DNA of 64,000 nucleotides from an uncultured Acidobacteriota bacterium (GTDB taxonomy: Bacteria; Acidobacteriota; Terriglobia; UBA7540), in the NCBI GenBank assembly GCA_963804995.1, contig CAWDSK010000002.1:672001-736000 (forward strand), given 5' to 3'. Positions 22,060-32,427 of this stretch are shown piece by piece (the stretch's first letter is position 1; every line of letters begins with the position of its first letter). The translations under genes were made by a program, and so were the position numbers. A model generated the notes under the pieces. The model saw only the letters and a program-made list of their open reading frames with translations, was not told where the DNA came from and did not search any database.

Positions 22060-23460
22060 ATGACAAGCGAAGACACCATCGTCGCCGTATCCACTCCTCC
22101 CGGGCGTGGGGGCGTAGGTGTGGTGCGGCTATCGGGCGACCGCGCCATCGAAATCGCAAGCCATCTGATCAAGCTGCCGAACCTGCCACTTGAAACCCAG
22201 CGCGCCACGCTTGGGACGTTCCTGGAGCTTGACTCGGACCGCGTGCTCGACCAAGTGGTCGTGACCTGCTTTCGTCAGCCGCATTCCTACACTGCGGAAG
22301 ACGTGGTGGAGATCTCCTGCCACGGCGCGCCGGTCATCCTGCGATACCTCGTGGAGTGCTGCCTCAAACGGGGCGCGCGTGCCGCCGACCCGGGAGAGTT
22401 CACGATGCGCGCTTTCCTGAACGGGCGCATCGACTTGACGCAGGCGGAGGCCATCCGTGACCTGATTGAGTCCCAGACCCTCTACCAGGCCCGCATCGCT
22501 GCACAACAACTGGAGGGTTCACTTTCTGCGCGCTTGCAGCCTCACAAGCGGGCTCTGCTTGACCTGATTGCACACCTCGAAGCCGGCATCGACTTCGCGG
22601 AAGATGATGTTGCGGTGATTGAAGGGCAGGAAATTCTGGCCCGCCTCGACCGCATTCGAACCGATCTCGAAAAGCTTGTGGAGGGCTACGAATACGGCCG
22701 CATCGTGCGCGAAGGGCTGACGCTTGCGATTGTGGGGCGGCCGAACGTCGGCAAGTCGAGCCTCTTCAACTGCCTCTTGAATGAGGAGCGCGCCATTGTC
22801 ACGCCCATTCCTGGAACCACGCGCGACTTGGTCGCCGAAACCGCCAACCTCGGTGGCATCCCGTTGCGTTTCCTGGATACGGCTGGGGTGCGCCAGGCGC
22901 TCGATGCGGTTGAGAAGATCGGAGTGGAACGAACCTTTCGTGCCATCGCCGATTCGGACTTGCGGCTCTTGGTGGTGGATGCCTCGGAGCCATGGACCGA
23001 AGAGGATGCTCGATTGTTCGAGAAGTTGCGCCCCCTGGGGACGCTGGTGATCGCGCTTAATAAATCGGACCTGCCGCCGCGCGTCTCCTTTGCTGAGCTC
23101 GAGGAATTCACCCGGGCGGATAGGCATGCGGCAGTCTCCACACCTCAAATTGTGCGCACTTCGGCGCTCACGCGTGAGGGAATTGATGAACTCAAAGAAA
23201 GAATCCTGGAAACCGCGGCGCCTGCCCGTGGCCTCGGCCAGGAAGGCGAACTCATCACCAACCTGCGCCACCAGCAGCTAATTCGGGATTCAATCCAGGG
23301 TCTCGCCAAAGCCAGGCAAGCCGCCTTCGAGCGACTACCTCACGAAATGCTCCTGCTCAACCTCTACGACGCGCTGCGGCCCCTCAACCTCGTCACTGGC
23401 GCAACCTATGCCGACGATGTTCTCGATATAATATTCAAAACGTTTTGCGTGGGAAAATAG
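22060..23460 (+). CDS. mnmE: tRNA modification GTPase MnmE
   Basis: DTIVAVSTPPG, GRPNVGKSS, PGTTRD, DTAG, NKSD, C-terminal FCVGK. Confidence 0.96.
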   Translation: MTSEDTIVAVSTPPGRGGVGVVRLSGDRAIEIASHLIKLPNLPLETQRATLGTFLELDSDRVLDQVVVTCFRQPHSYTAEDVVEISCHGAPVILRYLVECCLKRGARAADPGEFTMRAFLNGRIDLTQAEAIRDLIESQTLYQARIAAQQLEGSLSARLQPHKRALLDLIAHLEAGIDFAEDDVAVIEGQEILARLDRIRTDLEKLVEGYEYGRIVREGLTLAIVGRPNVGKSSLFNCLLNEERAIVTPIPGTTRDLVAETANLGGIPLRFLDTAGVRQALDAVEKIGVERTFRAIADSDLRLLVVDASEPWTEEDARLFEKLRPLGTLVIALNKSDLPPRVSFAELEEFTRADRHAAVSTPQIVRTSALTREGIDELKERILETAAPARGLGQEGELITNLRHQQLIRDSIQGLAKARQAAFERLPHEMLLLNLYDALRPLNLVTGATYADDVLDIIFKTFCVGK

Positions 23461-23744
23461 CGGAGAGTGTAGCTCGACCCTGAGGCCACAACCAAACGTC
23501 AAAGTGCGAATCGGATTTGTGGCTAGGCAGCTTTCTTTACTGAACGGCTGCACTCTTGCAGCAGGTTGCTCTCTCCGATTGCTTGGATTGCAGCATAGCC
23601 ACCGGCTCGCTTCCGCCTATGAAGCAGGCCAAAACGAACGAGATTTCTGTTTCTGAATTGAGTGGTGAGATCAAGAGACGGTGAACCGCGGACCGGCATA
23701 AGAGTTACGAGCGCAGGCATCAGACCCAGGCTTCTTTGCAGAAT

Positions 23745-24251
23745 CTAGGAGTTTTTCGGCGCCGACAGGTTGCTTTGGTCGGCTTGCGTTTCAGTTGGTC
23801 CGGCGGGGGAGAGATCCCCCAGGAGAGAAACCACGAAGGAGTGACCTTGACTCTCAAGCGTCAGCCGGCTAACCAACTGCCACTGAGGGGTTGTGTTCGC
23901 CCAGTCAGTTGGATCTGAAAGGGAGGGGAGCGATAGAACCACGGGTTGAGGGAGTAGCGCTTTCAGGTTTCCACCGACAATGTGGACAAGTTCACTCAAG
24001 GCATCCAGGACTTCGTCGCTCCCTACGCTTTCTGCCTGCACTTGGAAAATCAGCGCTGCAATCGACTGGGCGAGTGGAACGGGACAATGTAAGCGCACTT
24101 CTCCATTCCATGCCCCGGTGATTTTCACGCATACAGTCAATGCTCCGGCCACTACGGCTTCCGACCCCGACGAGCGCTCGACGTGGAATCCCAGAGTGGA
24201 GCTCCATGTGTTCTGAATAATCTCATAGAAGGCGTCTTCGGTTACCAGCAT
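23745..24251 (-). CDS. cheX: Chemotaxis phosphatase CheX-family protein
   Basis: ITGAWNG and DALSELVHIVGGNLK; last gene of the che operon. Confidence 0.75.
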   Translation of the reverse strand: MLVTEDAFYEIIQNTWSSTLGFHVERSSGSEAVVAGALTVCVKITGAWNGEVRLHCPVPLAQSIAALIFQVQAESVGSDEVLDALSELVHIVGGNLKALLPQPVVLSLPSLSDPTDWANTTPQWQLVSRLTLESQGHSFVVSLLGDLSPAGPTETQADQSNLSAPKNS

Positions 24252-24260
24252 GGCTGCTCC

Positions 24261-25085
24261 CTAAGTTTTCCGGACTCGATAGCAAGTTGCCCGTTCAAAC
24301 TGCAGGCGTTCAAAAGAATCGTCGAGGTTGAAGGTTGTCTCTGCCCCCCCCAGGAATAAATACCCGTCGGGTTTCAATACTCTGCGAACCTTGCCCAGGA
24401 TCTCTTTCTTCGTTTCCGTCCCAAAGTAGATCAACACGTTACGTATCATGACAATATCCGCAGAAAAAAGCGGTGGCCAAGGGCCTGCAAGGTTAAGGAT
24501 TTGGTAATCCACCATGCGGCGAATCTCATCGCGCAGTATCCAGTCACAGCCTTGTTTTTGGAAATACTTAATTAGAAAGCTGGCGGGAAGGCCGCGGTTC
24601 ACTTCGAGTTGGCTATAGCGCCCCTCGCGTGCTCGGGAAAGTATTTCTGTGGAGAGGTCAGTTGCCAGAATGCGAAAATTCCAACTTGCTTGAAGCGGGA
24701 AGTACTCGCGCCAAACCATGGAAAGACTATAGGGTTCCTGCCCCGAGGAACAGGCGGCGCACCAGATGCTCAACTCTCGTTCCTGGGCGCGTTTAGCGAT
24801 GAGATCCGGCAACACGGATTTTTTGAGTGCCTCGTAAGGGTGAAAATCTCGAAAGAAGGAGGTTTCGTTGGTGGTCATGGCCTCCACCGCTTTGCGATGG
24901 AGACCATTGAAGGGTTCGCGCTGCAACTTTTCTACCAGGACGCTCAACGAGACTAAACCCTCGCGGCGAGCCAGCGGGGACAATCGCGATTCGACGAGGT
25001 ACCCCTTATCCTCTTCAAGGACAATGGCGGCTTGGTCCAGGACCAGGCGACGTACATAATTAAATTCTGTAGCACTCAGGGACAT
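24261..25085 (-). CDS. cheR: Chemotaxis methyltransferase CheR
   Basis: TTNETSFFRD, IWCAACSSGQEPYS, RNVLIYF. Confidence 0.95.
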   Translation of the reverse strand: MSLSATEFNYVRRLVLDQAAIVLEEDKGYLVESRLSPLARREGLVSLSVLVEKLQREPFNGLHRKAVEAMTTNETSFFRDFHPYEALKKSVLPDLIAKRAQERELSIWCAACSSGQEPYSLSMVWREYFPLQASWNFRILATDLSTEILSRAREGRYSQLEVNRGLPASFLIKYFQKQGCDWILRDEIRRMVDYQILNLAGPWPPLFSADIVMIRNVLIYFGTETKKEILGKVRRVLKPDGYLFLGGAETTFNLDDSFERLQFERATCYRVRKT

Positions 25086-25091
25086 ATTGAG

Positions 25092-26216
25092 CTACCTGGC
25101 TACCTCCGTCCGTGGGGTGGGGACGAACACACGGGTCATTTCCCGGCCGGTCCGGACCCGGCGGAGGATCTCCGGAGCGATTTGAGTTAGGGGCAGGATA
25201 TTGTCGGCTAAACCGGCGTTGGCCACAAAGCCGGGCATTCCCCACACGACGCTAGATTCCTGATCTTGGGCCAAAACTTGTCCATCAAGTTCGCGGATAC
25301 GTTCGCACCCTCGCAGGCCATCCTGCCCCATACCCGTCATTACCACGCCCAGCGTGTGAAGTTTGTACATCTCAGCAACCGACCGAAACAGCACATCCAC
25401 GGCGGGGCGGCAAGAGTTCTCGGGAGGACCCTCGTGGGTGTGTAGAGTGATCTGATTTCGGTCATTAGCCACAACCATATGGTAGCCACCCGGAGCTAAC
25501 CAAACGCAGCCAGGCTTCAGAACGGCCCCGTTGTGGCCTTCCTGCACGTCAATTTGCGACTTGGCCGCCAGCCGCTCAGACAGGAGACGGGTGAATATAG
25601 GTGGCATATGCTGGACAACAACCACGGGCACAGGAAAGTCACAGGGGAATTCCGGGATGAGTTCGGCTAGGGCATTGGGGCCTCCGGTGGAAACTCCGAT
25701 GGCAACAATGTCGATTCGCTCCTCCCGCCTGGGAATCGAGACACTGTGCAGGAATGGCTTAGGGGCCACAGGCACAACCAAAGCGGGAGATGGATTCGCC
25801 ACCCCTGAACAACCACAGATCGCCTTGATCTTCGGAATCAACTGGGTCCGTATACACTCAAGCCCCAACGCTGCGCTGCCGACGTTGGACGGCTTTGTGA
25901 CATAGTCCGTGGCGCCCTTGGAGAGTGCCTCCAGGGTGGCTTCGGCGCCACGCTGGGTCAGAGTGCTGTACATGATGACCGGAAGCTTTTTATAGGTCTT
26001 GCGGACACACTCCAGTGTGCCGAGCCCGTCCAATTCGGGCATCTCAATGTCGAGAATGACGATATCCGGATTGACTTGCGGGATCTTGGCGAGAGCAATC
26101 TTCCCGTTTGCGGCGGTCCCCACAATCTGGAGCTGCGGGTCGGCGGAAAGAGCATCACTGACCATCCGGCGCACCACCACCGAATCATCGACGACAAGAA
26201 TTCTGATTTTGGGCAT
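25092..26216 (-). CDS. cheB: Chemotaxis methylesterase CheB
   Basis: REC domain followed by GVSTGGP, VQHMP, RPAVDVLF, MTGMGQDG. Confidence 0.95.
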   Translation of the reverse strand: MPKIRILVVDDSVVVRRMVSDALSADPQLQIVGTAANGKIALAKIPQVNPDIVILDIEMPELDGLGTLECVRKTYKKLPVIMYSTLTQRGAEATLEALSKGATDYVTKPSNVGSAALGLECIRTQLIPKIKAICGCSGVANPSPALVVPVAPKPFLHSVSIPRREERIDIVAIGVSTGGPNALAELIPEFPCDFPVPVVVVQHMPPIFTRLLSERLAAKSQIDVQEGHNGAVLKPGCVWLAPGGYHMVVANDRNQITLHTHEGPPENSCRPAVDVLFRSVAEMYKLHTLGVVMTGMGQDGLRGCERIRELDGQVLAQDQESSVVWGMPGFVANAGLADNILPLTQIAPEILRRVRTGREMTRVFVPTPRTEVAR

Positions 26217-26219
26217 CGA

Positions 26220-26591
26220 CTATGAACCCGCCATCCCGAAGATTTGCAGCTTCTCCAGTATGACCTCTGGCGTGAAGGGTTTCATTACGTACTCATTGGC
26301 GCCGGCCGCGAGGGCGCGAACCACGTTGTCCGTTTCGGTCTCGGTGGTTACCATCATCAGGAGCACCCCGTCATAGATGTGGTCGGCTCGAACTGCCCGA
26401 ATGAAATCGAGTCCATTCATCTCCGGCATGTTCCAGTCCACCAGGGCCAAGTCGACTTTTCCCGCCTCCGGCAGCCGGTTAATTGCGTCACGGCCGTTGG
26501 CGGCTTCGACAACTTCAAAGCCTATCTCCCGAAGTATTCTGCCCAAAATGCTCCGCATTGCTTTCGAGTCGTCAATTATGAGTGCGCGCAC
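26220..26591 (-). CDS. cheY: CheY-type response regulator
   Basis: GTG start behind GGAGG; IIDDS, VDWNMPEMNG, MVTT, YVMKPF. Confidence 0.88.
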   Translation of the reverse strand: MRALIIDDSKAMRSILGRILREIGFEVVEAANGRDAINRLPEAGKVDLALVDWNMPEMNGLDFIRAVRADHIYDGVLLMMVTTETETDNVVRALAAGANEYVMKPFTPEVILEKLQIFGMAGS

Positions 26592-26818
26592 GATGGCTCC
26601 CTCCGAAGGTACGGCATCCCTTCTATTTACCTTTCGGCCACCCGGGGTAAAAGGTTTATTGGAAATTTCCACAGCGCTTGTCTATCCAACTGCTCACCCC
26701 CCCCGCTATTTGATCCGAGCTGAAGTTGGAGCAATTTGAGAATCCTGGCGGTTTGCCAAATGCGCATCGCGTCCCTGCCCGTCGTAATCGAGAGGGACTC
26801 TACCTGCCATGTAATTTT

Positions 26819-26845
26819 TCATCGGCCTCCTGTCCAACACCTTTC
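26819..26845 (-). promoter_or_regulatory. Sigma28-type promoter upstream of cheY-cheB-cheR-cheX
   Basis: GAAA-N15-GCCGATGA on the minus strand. Confidence 0.6.
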
Positions 26846-26849
26846 TCCT

Positions 26850-27105
26850 TTTCTTTCATCAACATAATGGAAAGACGGCTATAACTCGTGTTTTTTCATT
26901 AACATAATGGAAAGGCCGAAAACCGACATTTTTTCTACATTTGTTTTCAATAACATAATGGAGGTTACCTTCATTTTTTCCCCCCGCGTTTTTTCCACCC
27001 TGCCGCCAAGATCGAACTAACTATCTTATTTTCATTTGGATAGGTTTTTGTGAGATTTTCTATTTTTCCGCTAACCCCTTTTGTTTCCGGTACATAATGG
27101 AAAGC
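26850..27105 (-). repeat. AT-rich repeat array of module copy B
   Basis: Three well-conserved CCATTATGTT(N)2TGAAA units, one variant (CCATTATGTACCGGAAA) and one degenerate unit on the minus strand; collinear with 16384-16655 and 53021-53240. Confidence 0.85.
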
Positions 27106-27149
27106 CGCAGCCTTTTGTAGCGCCGGGCTTTAGCCCGGCAGGTGCCGAT

Positions 27150-28355
27150 CTAAAGGTCGGCCCTACCACGGCTTTCATCATCCTGAGCTTCCATCTTCCG
27201 CTCATAGCGCTTAATCTTCAGAAGCAGATTGGTAACACGGCGGACTTCCCGAAAGTTGGAATCCTGCATTCGGCGCATGAGGCGCGCGTTGGGGTGCGTG
27301 GGAGCGATTTCCGCGGCGCGTTCGTAAGGCGACGGCCCCGTCAAGGACTCTTTCAAGGTGGCCTTGCGCTGCGCCTCGCAAATCTCCACCTGCCGTTTTA
27401 GGATGTTCTCCAGAAGTTGGCGGGGCCGTTCGCGCGCCTCCCACTCCGCCGCGGTGATTCCGGGATATCGCCTCGCCGCTTCGGCAGCGCCAGCCTCCGG
27501 TTGGATAGAAGCCGACGCTCCGTCCGCTTCGGTTTCCTCCGTCGCTGGTGGGCCTTCCTGTGGGGGGCTGGGAGGCGGTTGTATGCCCGGTGGATAATAA
27601 GGCTTATCACCTAGGAGCCTGTCGGAGATAGATTTCGTTGTACGTAGAATTAATAACTTAGCGAGATTCGAGTGTCTGTAAGTTGTTGATTCTTCGTTGA
27701 CGAATTATTATTTCCGACACACTCCTAGAGCAAAGATCTCCTTGATCTTGGCGAGGGCGCGGCGAGATCTCTCATTGGGGTCAATGCCGTCCTCACCCGT
27801 GCCCGGCGCCTGCAATTGGTAGAAAAGAGCGAGAGCGATTTCGCCCATCTCCAGCAACACACCCTCCTGATGCAGGTTCTTCATCTTTTCCAGATCCTCG
27901 CGAGAGGTGACGTAATACTCGTGCGCGACCGATTGGACGAGCCGCCCCAAACTTTCCGCCGTCATCTTCAGGCGCATCATGCGGGCGTGCAACCGGTCCT
28001 GCCGCCCGCTGCTCACCTCCAGGGCTTGGCGCACGGCGTAGCCTTCCTGCATGCGGTCAGCGCGATTCATCAGCCACGTGGCCCGCGCCAGACGGATCAC
28101 CAACCCCTCCTGCGAGATGCCGGCAGGTTTATATTCCTCCCAGAGCCCTGCCAGCAGTTCCTGGAAGTGGCCCGGGTCTTCGCCCAGAGCGCGCATAGCT
28201 ACCTCTTCCGCCTGCGCGTAGAACCCATGGCGCAAGTGCGCGTCGCGGATGCGCTCTCGGCCCTCCGGCGTCACCGGGACGTGGCAAAGCTTCTGGTTCC
28301 GCCGGTTCGCGGCCAGTTGCTTCTCCGACAGTTTATGTTTCTTGACGAGCGACAT
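27150..28355 (-). pseudogene. Uncharacterised module ORF, copy B (about 363 aa when restored), split by a MITE
   Basis: MSLVKKHKLSEKQLAANRRN...RHGFYA; removing 27615-27728 rejoins ...KEIFAL to GDKPYY...SPYERAAEIAP...LLLKIKR in frame; homologous to 53208..54312. Confidence 0.8.
27615..27724. mobile_element. 110-bp MITE with CTAG target duplication
   Basis: Ends GAGCCTGTCGGAGATA / TATTTCCGACACACTC; CTAG at 27611-27614 and 27725-27728. Confidence 0.85.
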
Positions 28356-28565
28356 GGAATACCTCCAAGAGCAAAAACGCATTCAGCCATAAGCCGTCAG
28401 CTTTCATCTTGCTGGCTAGTGCCGATCCCAACTTGTCGGGACTCACAAAGGGGGCTCGCTGCCTTCTGCTGACTGCCTGCTGTTTCTCCCCAGCCCCTAG
28501 CACCCAGCGCCGGGCACTTCATACTAAGATTAACATTTACCATAGGGGTAATTGCAAGAGGAAGG

Positions 28566-28601
28566 TTTACGATGTGGGCTACCGGTAGCCCACATCGTAA
28601 A
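28566..28601. repeat. Perfect 36-bp palindrome at the 5' edge of module copy B
   Basis: TTTACGATGTGGGCTACC|GGTAGCCCACATCGTAAA. Confidence 0.9.
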
Positions 28602-29130
28602 AGAGTACGTCACATTGTCCGAATTTATTTCCGCAGTCGCTCAGGGCCGTCCGGGCCGGCAGAATGTGTCCCACATCGAGCCAACCGTGGGATGCAGATG
28701 GCACACAGGTGGATTCGTTGTGGGGGCGCTTCCCGATCAGATCGGGACGGGACGCGAAGCGCCCTGGCTGGAACGTGGAAGAATCTTGACACGGGCGGGT
28801 CGCGAACCACCCCTACTGCTATCCAGGGCTGTTGGCATGGGCCACCTTCTGTCGCCGCTACGCGGCTTGCCTCCGCTCGCTTCGTTTCCCTATCGTGTGG
28901 TCTGGCCAGCCGAATGCGAAGGCGAGGATTTGAAGCTGGGAGCGGCAGACAAAAAAGTTCCGCGCTACGCTTGTTCCCGAACCCCTAACTTCCCGCTGGG
29001 CAAAGTAGGTATCCTTACTGGACGCGAGCAGTTGTGCCAGGCTGCGTGCTGATCTTCCGACTTATTTGCTAGTACCCTCCCTTACCCTTGCCCCTTGCGC
29101 TTGGGTTGGTCCCTGGTGGCGGTCAGATGG

Positions 29131-29814
29131 TTAGGGCCGTGAGGCTCCGGCCGGAAATGCGGTCACCTCCGGGTGGCCCGCATATGCCTTGCCTGATTGA
29201 GCAGCAGGTACCGGATTCTGCCTGAAGATAGGTCCTCCCACGAAAAACACGGGGCTGCCGAAAGTGGAATTCGCAACCTCGGCGAATGAGAGGTATAAGG
29301 CGTCAACGCCAGTAAGCAATCCCACCCAGCCGCCGGCCGTGTGCCATCCCGCGCCCATTCCCAGGTCTCCGCCTGCCAACAAGAAAAAGGTGATCCAAAG
29401 CAGGAAGAATATGGTCCAAAGCACGAAGTTGGTCCGGAAGGACGCTATCCACATCAGGAGGGTGAATACCCCCCACATCAAGAGCGCGAGACCCACGGCG
29501 TTGGCCGCAGGTGGCTTGATCCACCCTGCGCCTGCCGTCCACAGCAGAAATGCGTACCAGCACCAGAAGGCGCCATAAGAAGTGAAGGCTACAGTCCCAA
29601 AAGTATTGCCCTTCTTGAACTCTAGGATTCCCGCAATGAATTGGGCCACCCCTCCGTACGCGAACGCCAACGGGACTACTACTGCCAGCAGGTTAGGCGT
29701 GTCTCCCTTCAACAGGCCCGCATTGATACAACTCAGAACCACCGTCGTAACTCCGAATGCCGCCAAACCCAGGGGTGCTGGATTTGCTAAACGATTTGTT
29801 GCTTCGTCGGACAT
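29131..29814 (-). CDS. satP: Acetate/succinate uptake transporter (SatP/YaaH/GPR1/FUN34 family)
   Basis: ANPAPLGLAAF signature, YGGVAQFIAG, GNTFGTVAFTSYGAFW; about six hydrophobic helices. Confidence 0.88.
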   Translation of the reverse strand: MSDEATNRLANPAPLGLAAFGVTTVVLSCINAGLLKGDTPNLLAVVVPLAFAYGGVAQFIAGILEFKKGNTFGTVAFTSYGAFWCWYAFLLWTAGAGWIKPPAANAVGLALLMWGVFTLLMWIASFRTNFVLWTIFFLLWITFFLLAGGDLGMGAGWHTAGGWVGLLTGVDALYLSFAEVANSTFGSPVFFVGGPIFRQNPVPAAQSGKAYAGHPEVTAFPAGASRP

Positions 29815-30038
29815 AGGGCTCCTCCTTATAGTTTCCGAATTGACAAAACACTCTCTTGGGAACGGGCCTCCGGGCAATACTCCGCATCGCTCACAAGTCG
29901 TCGATTACAAGTGATTGCGCGAAGGCCCCTTCGCCTGACGATTAATCATTTCAATCTCTGTTCACAAACCATGAGGGGTTCAAGATTCTTTGCGAGTATC
30001 CCGAACCCCTCTCTGCCCAATAGGGCCAGTGTGTTTCC

Positions 30039-32036
30039 TTACTGGAGTCGTGTGGTAGCACCCGGCTGAGGTTTGGCCCGGCTGGCGAACTGTGCCTCGC
30101 GGACCTGTTTTGCCCCCGGACGGACTTCCGCCGTCCCGGCACCGCTTCTGGCCCCATCGAACTTGAATTGCCCCACCAACCGCTGGAGTTCCGCCGCCAT
30201 GCGGGCCAATTCCTGCGCCGCCGTCTGGGTGTTGGTTGCGCCTTCGGTAGTGCTTTTCGCGGCGGTGGCCACCGATACGATATTCTCGACAATTTGTGAG
30301 CTTCCCTTGGCCGCCTCACTCACATTGCGAGTAATCTCGTTGGTGGTGGCCGTTTGTTCCTCCACCGCGCTGGCAATCGTGTTGGAGATATCGTTCAGTT
30401 GGTTGATAATGGTGGTAATCTGCCCAATGGCCTCCACGGCGCCCTTGGTGTCTCCCTGGATTGCCTCGATTTTCCGGCTGATATCCTCGGTCGCCTTGGC
30501 GGTCTCCTTGGCCAGTTCTTTCACCTCGTTGGCCACGACGGCAAAGCCCTTGCCAGCCTCGCCAGCTCGCGCCGCCTCGATTGTGGCGTTCAGAGCCAGA
30601 AGGTTGGTTTGTTGCGCGATGGAAGTAATAACCTTGATGACCTGCCCAATTTCCGCGCTGGATTCGCCGAGCTTGCCGACGGTGGCGTTGGTGCTTTCCG
30701 CCGTGCGCACCGCGGCGGTCGCGATCTTGGCCGCTTCGGTGGCGTTTTTGGCGATTTCCTTGATGCTGGAACTCATCTCTTCGGTCGCGGTCGCGACGGT
30801 CTGGATGTTTTTGGAAACCTGCTCGCTCGCAGCCGAGACGACATTGGCTTGACTCGAGGTTTCTTCCGCGTTGGAACTCATTTGCGCGCTGACGGCGGAA
30901 AGCTCCTCGGAAGAACTGGCTAGGGTCTGCGCGTTTTGGCTTATTTGCCCCATGCTCTCCGAGAGTTTGTCCGCCATGGTATTGATGTCGTCCTTGATGC
31001 GCGCATGGTCACCCTGGTAGTTGCCCACGACATGGGCCGTCAGATCCCCTCCGGCAACCTTTTGCAGCACTCCCCCGGCTTCCTGTACTGGCGCGATGAC
31101 GGCGTCCAAGGTCTCGTTTACACCCTGCACGACCCTACGGAAGTCGCCCTGGTGTTTAGTGGCGTCGGCGCGGGTCGCCAGTTTGCCTTCCACCGCCGCC
31201 TTCGACAGCACTTCCGCATCTTTCACCAGCCCCTCGATGCCTCCCATCATTGCGATGAGGGCCGGGACTAATTCATCATGTTCGGAGCGGCGCCCGATCT
31301 TTTGGTATTCCGGCAAATCCTCCAAGTTCCCTTGCGAAACCTTCTTCGCCGTCTCGATGACATGATGAACTCGCTTCTGAACAGTGTTTGTCCCCTCGGC
31401 TAACTCGGCCAAGGATCCCCCATAGTCACCCTTAACCTGAACGGTGTAGTCGTTAATGGCCATCCGTTTCAGGACATTGGTCACCTCGTCCATGGCCGGC
31501 AGAATCGTGTCGAGCATCTGGTTGATCGCTTTAGCTCTTTCAAGATGCCGACCCTGGAACCTGCCTTCATCGATTCGCTCTGTGAGCCGCCCTTCCGCGA
31601 CGCCAGCGGCCAAGCGCGACGTTTCACGAGCCAGCGTGACGTCACCAACGGCGGGAAAAACGAGTTCCACAATACCTATTACCCGTCCTGCCGCGTCGAA
31701 CCGTGGAGCTGCCGAAACTAGTACGGGCACTTCTTTGCCCTGAACCATGGGGAAGGCTTCTCCCTCGCACACCTTGCCCGTCTTTGCTGCTTCAGCCGCC
31801 GCACAGGTTCCGGCCCTGCAGCCGGGGTTGTCATACAGGTCCCAAAACTTTGCGCCGATGCAGTCCTCTTTTGGTTTGCCCGCTGCCTTAGCGGCGGGCT
31901 CGTTAAGATCCAGAATGGTGTGGTTCGTGTCCATGACGACCACCATGCCTGGAATCAGGTCGTAGACTTCAGCCTTGTCCACGACAACACTACCTTTACC
32001 AATACCACGCGGTTTTCTGTCGCTGCCTTTTGTCAT
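30039..32036 (-). CDS. Soluble methyl-accepting chemotaxis protein (PAS, HAMP-like repeats, signalling domain)
   Basis: [30 protein letters not shown] tip; N-terminal PAS-like segment; no transmembrane stretch. Confidence 0.92.
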   Translation of the reverse strand: MTKGSDRKPRGIGKGSVVVDKAEVYDLIPGMVVVMDTNHTILDLNEPAAKAAGKPKEDCIGAKFWDLYDNPGCRAGTCAAAEAAKTGKVCEGEAFPMVQGKEVPVLVSAAPRFDAAGRVIGIVELVFPAVGDVTLARETSRLAAGVAEGRLTERIDEGRFQGRHLERAKAINQMLDTILPAMDEVTNVLKRMAINDYTVQVKGDYGGSLAELAEGTNTVQKRVHHVIETAKKVSQGNLEDLPEYQKIGRRSEHDELVPALIAMMGGIEGLVKDAEVLSKAAVEGKLATRADATKHQGDFRRVVQGVNETLDAVIAPVQEAGGVLQKVAGGDLTAHVVGNYQGDHARIKDDINTMADKLSESMGQISQNAQTLASSSEELSAVSAQMSSNAEETSSQANVVSAASEQVSKNIQTVATATEEMSSSIKEIAKNATEAAKIATAAVRTAESTNATVGKLGESSAEIGQVIKVITSIAQQTNLLALNATIEAARAGEAGKGFAVVANEVKELAKETAKATEDISRKIEAIQGDTKGAVEAIGQITTIINQLNDISNTIASAVEEQTATTNEITRNVSEAAKGSSQIVENIVSVATAAKSTTEGATNTQTAAQELARMAAELQRLVGQFKFDGARSGAGTAEVRPGAKQVREAQFASRAKPQPGATTRLQ

Positions 32037-32400
32037 CTGTCACCTCGCTCATTTATTTCAGAAGTCCGATGCTCTCCATTTAGAAATCCAAAGTGTGTGA
32101 GCCCCGCCATCGAGCGAGGCGGAGCGCTTGCCGGGTATGACTCGAATACGTGCATGCTCTGAGGCAAGGGGGATATCGCCCCTTCATGCGTCGTTGAGGT
32201 CTTCACCAAGAGGCACATGTATATTCTTTCAATCCGCCAAATATCCCTAGCCTCGATTTGTTCTGCTCCATAAAGAACTTAGCTTTAAGTCGTAAGCGTG
32301 CAAGCCGGACCTGCCTGGAGCGATGCCTTCGTGGCCCGCTTGACATTAAGCGATGCCGTAAATCGCCATTCGGCTTCTGGCTTGCCGTGAATCTCTGCGC

Positions 32401-32427
32401 TCATCGGCTTCCCATCTCCTACCATTA
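32401..32427 (-). promoter_or_regulatory. Sigma28-type promoter upstream of the MCP gene
   Basis: TAAT-N15-GCCGATGA on the minus strand. Confidence 0.6.

Noticed and set aside
23461..23530. tRNA-like start GGAGAGTGTAGCTC after mnmE
   Set aside because: No T-loop GTTCRA or cloverleaf pairing.
26850..27105. CRISPR array (also 16384-16655, 51140-51790 and 53021-53243)
   Set aside because: Repeats are degenerate, spacing is uneven or too long, intervening sequences are homologous between copies, and no cas genes are present.
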